Shown: positions 10,240 to 17,196 of the stretch, piece by piece
Numbering within the stretch: position 1 is the stretch's first letter
Layout: each line of letters starts with the position of its first letter
Source of the DNA: Liquorilactobacillus uvarum DSM 19971
GTDB lineage: Bacteria; Bacillota; Bacilli; Lactobacillales; Lactobacillaceae
Length of the DNA stretch: 24,000 nucleotides
Direction: 5' to 3'
Assembly: GCF_001434935.1 (NCBI RefSeq)
Contig: NZ_AZEG01000014.1
Span: 23,825 to 47,824 of the forward strand
Notes under the pieces: model-generated
Database searches by the model: none
Told to the model about the DNA's origin: nothing
Seen by the model: only the letters and a program-made list of their open reading frames with translations
Made by a program: the position numbers and the translations under genes

Positions 10240-10312
10240 AAAAAATAATCGTCAAAATTTATAACCAGCAAAATAATTTGATTTGCTAGCCAAATTTTGA
10301 CGATTATTTTTT
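10240..10312. repeat. Perfect 21-bp inverted repeat (AT-rich cruciform/hairpin)
   Basis: 10240-10260 (aaaaaataatcgtcaaaattt) is the exact reverse complement of 10292-10312. The 31-nt spacer contains a smaller hairpin (agcaaa...tttgct). It lies ~115 nt beyond the IS30 transposase stop. Confidence 0.9.
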
Positions 10313-10425
10313 ATTTTCATGTAAAAATCATGTTTTTTAGTGATTTATGCAATGATTTTTTTGAATTTTACACGTAAATCTTGCTACGAATTTTACTAAT
10401 TATTTTTGATGAAATTTGCTTTAAA

Positions 10426-11577
10426 TTAACGTTTCTTAGTGTTTTTAGAACATCTTAAATGTCGTTTATAACCAAAGGTTCGATCAATTTCATGCATTTT
10501 TTGTCTGAATACATCTCTCGGTGCTTTATAGTTTAAAACAGCCTTTGGCCGTTTATTAATCTTATGTAATACGCGACGAATATCATCATTGTTAACATAT
10601 TCAAAATGTGTTTTCTTTGGAAAATATTCCCGCAACATCCGATTAGCATTCTCGTTCGAACCACGTTCAGCCGGACTGTACGGGTGTGCAAAATACGCCA
10701 TAAGTTCGTATTCACGTTGCACTTTATTAATCACAAAGTGATTGGCAAATTCAAATCCATTGTCAAATGTGAATGATTGAACAATATGTTTTGCACGTTT
10801 CCCCAATAAGTCCATAAATTGATCCAAGACCTTACATACCGCTTTTCCAGACTGAGATTCAGCTTTTAAAACAATATAATAACGTGTTTTACGTTCACAA
10901 AACGTCACAAAGACTTGCCGGTAACCTTTTTTTGGTAGAACACAATCAACTTCCCAGTGACCAAAAACTTTACGCTTATCAACACCTACTGGGCGTTCTT
11001 CAATTGAATGTTTAAGTGGGCGAACCAGCTGTTTTTCTTTTTGCTTCACCCTCTTTCTTTCAGTTTTTAATTCAGCCGCCCTCTTTTCTTTAGCGTTCAT
11101 TTCAACTGTTCTTTGCGGTCTCCCTCGACGATACTTATGACGATAACGTAAATTAGATTCAGAAACGCCTGGGATCATACCGCGGTAAATCCAGTTATAA
11201 ATTGTATTGCGACTCAATTTTAATTCTTTATGAGTTTCAGCAATCATTTGTGGTGACCATTTATCATCTAAAATCCTTTTAGCAATAATCCGTGCTTTTT
11301 TCTTTGAATACTTTTTTTTAGTACCAATCCGATCTTTTCTTAAGTCGGCATATTGTTGGGCTTCTTCGGCATTATAACGATAAGCATGCCATTTACGTGG
11401 TCTCAATTTATAATCCGAAAAGCGTTGACTCCGACGGAGTTCATTATTAATCGTCATAACTGTTCGGTGTAACCGCCGCGCAATTTCTGCCTGATTATGA
11501 ATTCCTTCGGTGTTCCATAGATAATCAATTTGACCACGCTCAAATGGCGTTAAGTGATAAGCTTGTTTTCTCTGCAT
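10426..11577 (-). CDS. IS30-family transposase (element ends not resolved)
   Basis: 383 aa. N-terminal HTH region (LTPFERGQIDYLW..., NTIYNWIYRG). DDE triad context typical of IS30: GHWEVDCV, FTFDNGFEFANH, ERGSNENANRMLREYFPKK. RBS GGAGGGAGGA lies directly upstream of the ATG at 11577. Confidence 0.9.
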   Translation of the reverse strand: MQRKQAYHLTPFERGQIDYLWNTEGIHNQAEIARRLHRTVMTINNELRRSQRFSDYKLRPRKWHAYRYNAEEAQQYADLRKDRIGTKKKYSKKKARIIAKRILDDKWSPQMIAETHKELKLSRNTIYNWIYRGMIPGVSESNLRYRHKYRRGRPQRTVEMNAKEKRAAELKTERKRVKQKEKQLVRPLKHSIEERPVGVDKRKVFGHWEVDCVLPKKGYRQVFVTFCERKTRYYIVLKAESQSGKAVCKVLDQFMDLLGKRAKHIVQSFTFDNGFEFANHFVINKVQREYELMAYFAHPYSPAERGSNENANRMLREYFPKKTHFEYVNNDDIRRVLHKINKRPKAVLNYKAPRDVFRQKMHEIDRTFGYKRHLRCSKNTKKR

Positions 11578-11773
11578 ATCCTCCCTCCTTTCTGCTTATT
11601 ATTAAGCGTCGGTAATTAATTATATAATTTATCTAGTATAATTTACTTTTCATTTAGATTAATTCTTTTATTTTTATCATCAAATTAAAAAGATTTTGAA
11701 ACACTTTTGTAAAGATAAAATGTTATGAGAAAAAGAAATAATTCGGTTGAACTAAAAACGTTCAACTAAACCC

Positions 11774-11824
11774 CAAATAAAAAATTGCTTGCCCTGAAAA
11801 CATAGACAAACAATTTTTTATTTG
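11774..11824. repeat. AT-rich 18-bp inverted repeat downstream of the recombinase gene (terminator or recombination-site candidate)
   Basis: caaataaaaaattgcttg (11774-11791) pairs with caaacaattttttatttg (11807-11824) with one mismatch. A second 7-bp hairpin, gttgaac/gttcaac, lies at 11746-11766. Confidence 0.6.
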
Positions 11825-11839
11825 AGGTGTAATTAAAAG

Positions 11840-12427
11840 CTAACCGAAATCGATTTTATCCAGCATATGTTCCCTACTTACCTGATCTAATCCAAGGTAT
11901 TTTAAGGTCATAGCCTCACTACTATGATTAAGCAGCTGCATAACTAAACCAATATTATAATTTGTTTGTGTATAGACGCGATATGCGCCAGTTTTACGCA
12001 TAGTATGCGTACCTAAATAATTAATTCCTAGCAAGTCACCAACTCGTGCCATAATCTTATAAAACTGTTTTTCAGTAATATGACAACTAGGATTTTTAGT
12101 TGAAGGAAAAAGCCATTCAGACTGCAAATTATGTTTAATTAGCCATTGGTGATATTTTAATAAATCACTTTCAACTGGCTTTAAATATAAAGTATTAGAT
12201 TTGCCAGTCTTTTTATCTCGAATATAGGCATTATGCTTAATTGAACCATCAGGACTATAAATATCCTGGTACTTTAAGCGCATAATATCACTTACTCGTA
12301 AAAGCGTAGCTTTACCAACTTGAAAAATCATATAGTTACGCTGACCGGCTTTAAAATCTTCTAGCAAACATTCCTGAACTTGTTGCAAGACATTGGAATC
12401 TTTAATTGGCATAACAATCTGTTTCAT
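11840..12427 (-). CDS. Small tyrosine recombinase/integrase (catalytic domain only, 195 aa)
   Basis: The full catalytic set is readable: R44 (TLLRVSD), K73/K76 (DKKTGKS), H141-x-x-R144 (GTHTMRKTG), H168 (LLNHSS), Y177 (MTLKYLG). There is no N-terminal core-binding/SAM-like domain. Strong RBS (AAGGAG, 9 nt before the ATG). Confidence 0.85.
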   Translation of the reverse strand: MKQIVMPIKDSNVLQQVQECLLEDFKAGQRNYMIFQVGKATLLRVSDIMRLKYQDIYSPDGSIKHNAYIRDKKTGKSNTLYLKPVESDLLKYHQWLIKHNLQSEWLFPSTKNPSCHITEKQFYKIMARVGDLLGINYLGTHTMRKTGAYRVYTQTNYNIGLVMQLLNHSSEAMTLKYLGLDQVSREHMLDKIDFG

Positions 12428-12431
12428 AATT

Positions 12432-12670
12432 TCAACTCCTTATTAAACGCATTATTTTTAACAATAGTTTAAATTCTTTATTAACAAAGAAAATGCCTTC
12501 ATCTGCAAACGAAATTCCATCTCTTGAAATGCAAGCAATCTCTTTCCTATTTTTAGATTTTAAATACACATATATATCATCAGTACCACATACTTCTAAA
12601 GTATGATAATTCTCAACGGAATACTCTTGATTACATTTTTTACTAATCCTAATAACTTTCTAAATTTCAT
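12432..12670 (-). CDS. Conserved small ORF (~80 aa) upstream of int, readable only with a -1 frameshift (programmed slip or homopolymer pseudogene)
   Basis: An ATG at 12670 follows AGAGGTGAG. That frame stops after 24 codons. The -1 frame continues as KCNQEYSVENYHTLEVCGTDDIYVYLKSKNRKEIACISRDGISFADEGIFFVNKEFKLLLKIMRLIRS and stops at 12432-12434, 4 nt before the int ATG. The two frames meet at GTA_AAA_AAT (A6 run, plus-strand T6 at 12636-12641). In the copy-2 comparison, nucleotide differences are mostly synonymous in the -1 frame (caa/cag, tcc/tct, gag/gaa, aat/aac). Confidence 0.4.
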
Positions 12671-12699
12671 AAAACTCACCTCTTTCATAATAATATACG

Positions 12700-12725
12700 A
12701 AAAAAAACGCTCCTTTTTAGGGGCG
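12700..12725 (-). terminator. Rho-independent terminator after the 132-aa gene
   Basis: Minus-strand read: cgcccc-taaaaa-ggagcg followed by T8 (the plus-strand A8 at 12700-12707). Confidence 0.7.
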
Positions 12726-12848
12726 ATTAGTCAAATATATTAAAGTAAAAACGCTAATGATAAAACCTAAGATATATAAATATTGGTAATAAAGGAATCT
12801 GTAGGGTCTATTTCGGCAAATGGACCCTTGCAAGGTTAATTAAAGAAT

Positions 12849-13247
12849 TTAAATCTTTGTTAATATTATATCAGTTGAAGAAATCCAATGTACTTCAATT
12901 CTGTCTCCAACGGCTGCATTTATTTGGTTAAACCAAACTCCGAGTTTCTTTAAATCGCCCGATGTTTGTAAATTTTTAGCATAAACATCATTTGCTTTTG
13001 TACTGCCAGCTACTTTAACTGTAACTTTCAATAATCCATCATCTGATGTAGCATTGAATTCATTATAACCTATTCCTTCTTTTCCTTTATTAGAATTATA
13101 AATTTCAAATTGTACAGCTTTTTCACGAGGTATGCTTATATAGGCCTCTCCGTCAATTTTATCTCGTGAATCTGTGTGTCTATTTGTTCCCCAAGATAAA
13201 TTAGATTTTGTCAAAGATACTATAAAATAATCACCTTTTTTTGGCAT
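12849..13247 (-). CDS. Stand-alone B3-like (EcoRII-N / BfiI-C type pseudobarrel) DNA-binding domain protein, inferred
   Basis: 132 aa with its own strong RBS (AAGGGGAG, 8 nt before the ATG). The pattern FIVSLTKSNLSWGT...GEAYISIPREKAVQF...ATSDDGLLKVTVKVAG...AKNLQTSGDLKKLGVWFNQ...GDRIEVHWIS resembles REase B3-like domains. It shares the motif K-x-[LI]-[QE]-[ST]-x-G-x3-K-x-LG-x-W-[FI] with the C-terminus of the adjacent 551-aa protein. The gene call is solid; the fold assignment is an inference. Confidence 0.55.
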   Translation of the reverse strand: MPKKGDYFIVSLTKSNLSWGTNRHTDSRDKIDGEAYISIPREKAVQFEIYNSNKGKEGIGYNEFNATSDDGLLKVTVKVAGSTKANDVYAKNLQTSGDLKKLGVWFNQINAAVGDRIEVHWISSTDIILTKI

Positions 13248-13309
13248 TCAATATACTCCCCTTTTTTAATGATTAACTCTCAAATTAGAAATAACAATAG
13301 TTATTCTAA

Positions 13310-13405
13310 TTATTGATCCCAAAATGATTTTAATATATAAATTTTAATTTTCAAATTGTAACCATGCCAAAATTCACCGTCTACAAAAATTGCAAATTTA
13401 TTTAT
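13310..13405 (-). pseudogene. Fragment of a second, divergent vsr gene
   Basis: Translation NKINKFAIFVDGEFWHGYN...KSFWDQ* matches the core of the intact Vsr at 16339-16761 (ITKYHIAIFIDGEFWHGYK...RSYWIPK). Only ~30 codons remain. The N-terminal two thirds and the C-terminus are missing. The DNA is diverged from the intact copy, so this is not a recent duplication. Confidence 0.7.
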
Positions 13406-13406
13406 T

Positions 13407-15062
13407 TTATTTCCAAATGTCATCAGGTTCGTTTTCAGAATCAATCCAAATAAACTGAAGTTCAATATGATCGCTTTTTTTAATAAACCGAATACCATTT
13501 ATTCCTATTTCGTTTAGCTTGTTATATGTTAATGGCTCATACTCTTTTAATTGAAATACATCTCTTAAAATCCACTTTCCCAATATTTTTTGTGAGCCAA
13601 CAGATTCAATTGCTTTTCTGTTTTGTTGATTCACATATGCATTAATCACATCATTTGAAGGTAGAAACATAAGCTTAAACGTTCTTAATTCCTTATCTCT
13701 AACATATTTTTTCGATCCCGAAATAAAGATATTTTTTACAAAAAAATTAGGATACTGCTGATGAAATTGAGTCGATTTTGGAATTCTAATTTCTAATTCA
13801 TCGGCTGGTCGATATACCATACTTCCAACATCTTTTTTGATTTTTTGATTATTAATTTGAGTGATAAAATGCATTAATTCTAAACGAATAGTGACCATCC
13901 TATCTTTATCTTCTTTTGTTGTCCATTTCTTCAATAATAATACTTTCAAACGATCGATTATATAATCAAGATTCTTTTTTGAAATTATATCGGAATAATC
14001 ATTTTCAAACTTTTTTATGCGTTTTTCTCTATATTCATTTTCCCGACCCATTTTGCTTTGACCATAAAAAGCATTATAACCAGAGTATGGTTTAATTTCT
14101 ATATACCAGGAATGAGACTCAGAAATTTTAGTCTTAACCGGGACAGCTCTACGTTTAAGGTTATCTTCACTCATATTTTCAAAAAATTTAAAAGCATCTT
14201 TAACATAAGTTACAGGCCATTTTTCCAAAACCATATTTTTATTGTTAAATGACATTAATAATTGGCTGTCCGCCGAAGTATATTTATAGCAATGATTAAT
14301 ATCATGAAAAATGAAATTTGTCGGATTTCTTACACCCGTACACCCATCAATTGCTATACTTTCAAGGTCAATAGGCATGTAGGTAGTTTCACCAACTAAA
14401 ATCTCAGGCTTGTTATTCTTAGGAGTTGGCATTAAAACATGATATACTGCTTCAACGGAAATGTGATCTCGATTTTTAAACCCCTTTATATTTTCTTCTG
14501 ATGATCTAATTCGACTGTTTCGTACTGTAGCTATTTTTTTTGCAAGACTTAAATAAAGATCATGATTAATTTTATTTATATCTTTTTTTGTAGATAGCCC
14601 CTTTGAGTTTTCTTTGATTTTATCTATAATTTCGGTCCATTGATCCGCACTAATGGCTTTAAATTGTGCAATTTTTTGATCTCCAGAGTTAAGCCCAAAT
14701 GTCTTAATGCCAATTAGAAAACGTTTTTTAATTTTATCATCTATATGATCAATAGAAGCATCATAGGAAGTATTTCCTATATCTTCTCCAGTAGCATTAA
14801 ATGATTTTTGAAAAGCAGTTTCTTGAAATTTAGAATTAACAATAGGAGGTACTATGCTTTCTTCATCTTCGGTTTTTTGTGCAAAAGCTTCACTTAAACT
14901 AGCAAAATTTGTAATAAGCCTTTCATATAATTCCTTCTGATCATTTGGTAATTGTCCCCACAATAAAAACACCCCCGCATTAAGAATATTCTTATTATAT
15001 ACTAAAAGAGCAATTAACGTTTTATTATCGCTAATTGCTCCCCCAAATTCAAATTTTTTCAA
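13407..15062 (-). CDS. Putative type II restriction endonuclease: uncharacterised ~400-aa N-terminal region plus C-terminal B3-like DNA-binding domain
   Basis: 551 aa, last gene of the vsr-M-R operon. Its TTG start overlaps the MTase stop by 14 nt. C-terminal pattern: LEIRIPKSTQFHQQYPNFF...TFKLMFLPSN...RKAIESVGSQKILGKWILRDVF...INGIRFIKKSDHIELQFIWID (B3/BfiI-C-like). I could not read any PLD HxK, HNH, GIY-YIG or Walker A motif. Confidence 0.6.
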   Translation of the reverse strand: MKKFEFGGAISDNKTLIALLVYNKNILNAGVFLLWGQLPNDQKELYERLITNFASLSEAFAQKTEDEESIVPPIVNSKFQETAFQKSFNATGEDIGNTSYDASIDHIDDKIKKRFLIGIKTFGLNSGDQKIAQFKAISADQWTEIIDKIKENSKGLSTKKDINKINHDLYLSLAKKIATVRNSRIRSSEENIKGFKNRDHISVEAVYHVLMPTPKNNKPEILVGETTYMPIDLESIAIDGCTGVRNPTNFIFHDINHCYKYTSADSQLLMSFNNKNMVLEKWPVTYVKDAFKFFENMSEDNLKRRAVPVKTKISESHSWYIEIKPYSGYNAFYGQSKMGRENEYREKRIKKFENDYSDIISKKNLDYIIDRLKVLLLKKWTTKEDKDRMVTIRLELMHFITQINNQKIKKDVGSMVYRPADELEIRIPKSTQFHQQYPNFFVKNIFISGSKKYVRDKELRTFKLMFLPSNDVINAYVNQQNRKAIESVGSQKILGKWILRDVFQLKEYEPLTYNKLNEIGINGIRFIKKSDHIELQFIWIDSENEPDDIWK

Positions 15063-16260
15063 TCATATAGAAACTTGCACTTTTTTTCTTTTGAACGAGT
15101 TTTAAATATTCATCATCAGATAAAAGGTTCTTTTCTGATTCTAAAACAATTTTTTTTAAGTTATCAATAGAGTCAGAATATTCTTTTACATAACTTTCGC
15201 CTTCAAAGTGACTACCAATATTAGAATATATTAAAGCATACCTACCATGATGTCTATTATCGTCAATCTTTATTTGATCATTGATTGCTTTACAAATTTG
15301 TAAAGCAATTCGATGAATAACTGGAACAACAACCGAATTACCAGCTTGTTTATATAATTGTCCGTTAGCGATATCTGGTAATTTAAATGTTTCTGGATAT
15401 CCTTGAGCATTAAATGTTTCTTTAGGTGTTAACTTTCTAATTCTATCAGAATTAGTAAGAATTAGAGGAACATTGTGTCCACCAGTTCCCATATTTGCGG
15501 TTAATGTGGGTACCACTCCAGCTTTGTTTTCACGAACGTATTGTCGGCGCCATTGATAAATAGTATCGTGACTTGTCATATCGTTGACAAGATTATCATA
15601 GAAAGTCTGTTTGTCTCTTTTATAATAATATTTTTCATCTTTTGTGCCATCGAAATCTATGATGTCATGGATTGTTTTTGTTAATTTAATAGGATCGGGA
15701 AAATTGAATTTAACATAGTCAGTTGCATATTTAAATCCTACAATGTATATGCGTTCTCTATTTTGAGGAACATTCCCGTAATCTTTTCCATTAAGAACGT
15801 GCCACTTAATATAATATCCATTTTCTACTAAAGCTTCTCTAATAACCTTAAATGTATTTCCATGGTCATGTGTAACCAGATTTTTAACATTTTCGATAAA
15901 AACTACCCTGGGCTTTTTAGCTTTAATAATCCTTAGCATTTCAAAAAAAAGGTTTCCCCTCTCATCTTCAAAACCCTTTCGATAACCTGCAATTGAAAAT
16001 GCTTGACAAGGAAACCCGCCCATAATCACATCGCAGTTAGGTATCTCCTTAGTACTTACTTCATGAATATCTCGACCATCTAAAAGTGTATCAGGGTTGT
16101 TTTTTGCATACGTTTTCCGAGCATTTTTATCGAATTCGTTCGCATAGACAACTCTGAACTTGCCAGTCTGTTCAAAACCTAGCTCAATTCCACCAACACC
16201 AGCAAAAAAAGAAGCAATACTATATTTTTGTGTATTGATGGAACTCACAGAATTTGTCAT
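15049..16260 (-). CDS. DNA (cytosine-5)-methyltransferase
   Basis: 403 aa from the ATG at 16260 (RBS AGAGGAA). Canonical motifs: I FAGVGGIELGF, IV GGFPCQAFSIAG, VI FIENVKNL, VIII QNRERIYIVGF, IX RKLTPKETFNAQGYP, X YKQAGNSVVVPV. The ORF-track start at 16329 has no RBS. Confidence 0.95.
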   Translation of the reverse strand: MTNSVSSINTQKYSIASFFAGVGGIELGFEQTGKFRVVYANEFDKNARKTYAKNNPDTLLDGRDIHEVSTKEIPNCDVIMGGFPCQAFSIAGYRKGFEDERGNLFFEMLRIIKAKKPRVVFIENVKNLVTHDHGNTFKVIREALVENGYYIKWHVLNGKDYGNVPQNRERIYIVGFKYATDYVKFNFPDPIKLTKTIHDIIDFDGTKDEKYYYKRDKQTFYDNLVNDMTSHDTIYQWRRQYVRENKAGVVPTLTANMGTGGHNVPLILTNSDRIRKLTPKETFNAQGYPETFKLPDIANGQLYKQAGNSVVVPVIHRIALQICKAINDQIKIDDNRHHGRYALIYSNIGSHFEGESYVKEYSDSIDNLKKIVLESEKNLLSDDEYLKLVQKKKSASFYMIEKI

Positions 16261-16338
16261 GTTAGTTCCTCTTTTCTTTATAAGAATAATCCTAAGTATA
16301 GCATTTTGGTCAAAAAAAAGCTGCCCCAAATGTTAATA

Positions 16339-16761
16339 TTATTGTGAACTTCTCATATAAAAGAGAATTAACTCCGTACAATAATCCGGATTTTTTACAA
16401 CTTCTTTTGACCAAAATCTAACAACTCTCCATCCTAAAGATTGAAGCTTTGAGTTAACTAGTAAATCCCTTTTCATGTTTTTTTCAATCTTGGGAATCCA
16501 ATAACTTCTATGTGTATGTATATTATTTTGATTTTCGCTCCATTTATATCCATGCCAAAATTCGCCATCAATAAATATAGCAATATGATATTTTGTTATT
16601 GCTATATCAGGTTTTCCTGGTAGTTTTTTAAAATTTTTCCTATATCTAACACCATTGTTCCATAGTTTCTTTCTAAAAAGTAATTCTGGTTTGGTATCAA
16701 CAGATTTTATGTGGCTCATGTTTTTTGAACGTTGTTCAGCAGTAAGAATATGATTAATCAT
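16339..16761 (-). CDS. vsr: Very-short-patch repair endonuclease
   Basis: ~140 aa. Motifs: LTAEQRSKNMSHIKS, PGKPDIA, IAIFIDGEFWHG, LGWRVVRFWSKE (E. coli Vsr-like pattern). The start may be at 16761 (MINHIL, AAGGGA upstream) or 16779. Confidence 0.9.
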   Translation of the reverse strand: MINHILTAEQRSKNMSHIKSVDTKPELLFRKKLWNNGVRYRKNFKKLPGKPDIAITKYHIAIFIDGEFWHGYKWSENQNNIHTHRSYWIPKIEKNMKRDLLVNSKLQSLGWRVVRFWSKEVVKNPDYCTELILFYMRSSQ

Positions 16762-16794
16762 ATAATTTCCCTTCAACATTTTTATCTATTATTG

Positions 16795-17007
16795 TCATTG
16801 TTGTTTCCATTTTAAATTAATAGTTTCAGTAGCATTGTTTTGTCTTGTTTGTCGCTTTTGAGCTGATTTAGAAGAAGTTTCAATCAATCTAAATCCAGAT
16901 AGTATCGAACGTAGCTCTTCAACTGACGATTTTTAGTAAGTGTTACTAATTGTAATTGTTGAATCAAGAATTTTTGCAATTTGAAATTTACTGATCTTTG
17001 ACGTCAA
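16795..17007 (-). pseudogene. Possible remnant of an XRE-type HTH regulator (candidate decayed C-protein)
   Basis: Minus-strand frame reads (TTG)TSKISKFQIAKILDSTITISNTY*KSSVEELRSILSGFRLIETSS...KWKQQ*. It has an HTH-like signature, an in-frame TAA (16933-16935) where XRE proteins usually have Glu (GAA), and a stop two codons upstream of the only possible start. Confidence 0.3.
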
Positions 17008-17196
17008 ATTGGTTTAGCAAAATCAATATTAGTTTTTTTTGATGTTTATTATTCTTGATTAAAATATATTTTATAGAACACCTTTTCTGAAATAATTATC
17101 TCATAATAACATCATCTTTGTACATCGAATTCCTTTCGATATCTAATAAAAGTTGGCTGTTTAATATCCGTATTACGGGCAACATACAAAAGGATA

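Larger units (their letters stand above)
11830..12830. repeat. Copy 1 of a ~1 kb direct repeat (recombinase module: terminator, small ORF, int)
   Basis: Aligns by eye along its length with 17197-18192: the same gene, the same upstream small ORF, the same hairpin (aacgctcctttttaggggcg vs aagcgctcttttaggggca), and the same edge motif TAGGGTCTATT. The boundaries are approximate. Confidence 0.8.

Noticed and set aside
10334-11757. Candidate IS30 terminal inverted repeats (gttttttagtgat... at ~10334 vs the reverse complement of ...actaaaaacg at ~11750)
   Set aside because: Only a 9-mer (gtttttagt) plus a patchy ~60 percent match over ~35 nt. That is not convincing in such AT-rich DNA. Element boundaries and target duplication are therefore not reported as a feature.
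13310-13498. 62-aa ORF as an independent gene
   Set aside because: Only its last ~30 codons resemble anything (the Vsr core). The rest overlaps the 3' end of the 551-aa gene in another frame. It is better explained as a vsr fragment (pseudogene).
13407-15062. PLD (HxK), HNH, GIY-YIG or P-loop motifs in the 551-aa protein
   Set aside because: I scanned the translation by eye. His residues occur in contexts such as IDHIDDK, NHCYKY, SHSWY and DHIEL, none fitting HxK(x)4D or an HNH spacing, and there is no GxxxxGK[ST]. Absence by eye is not proof and needs a profile search.
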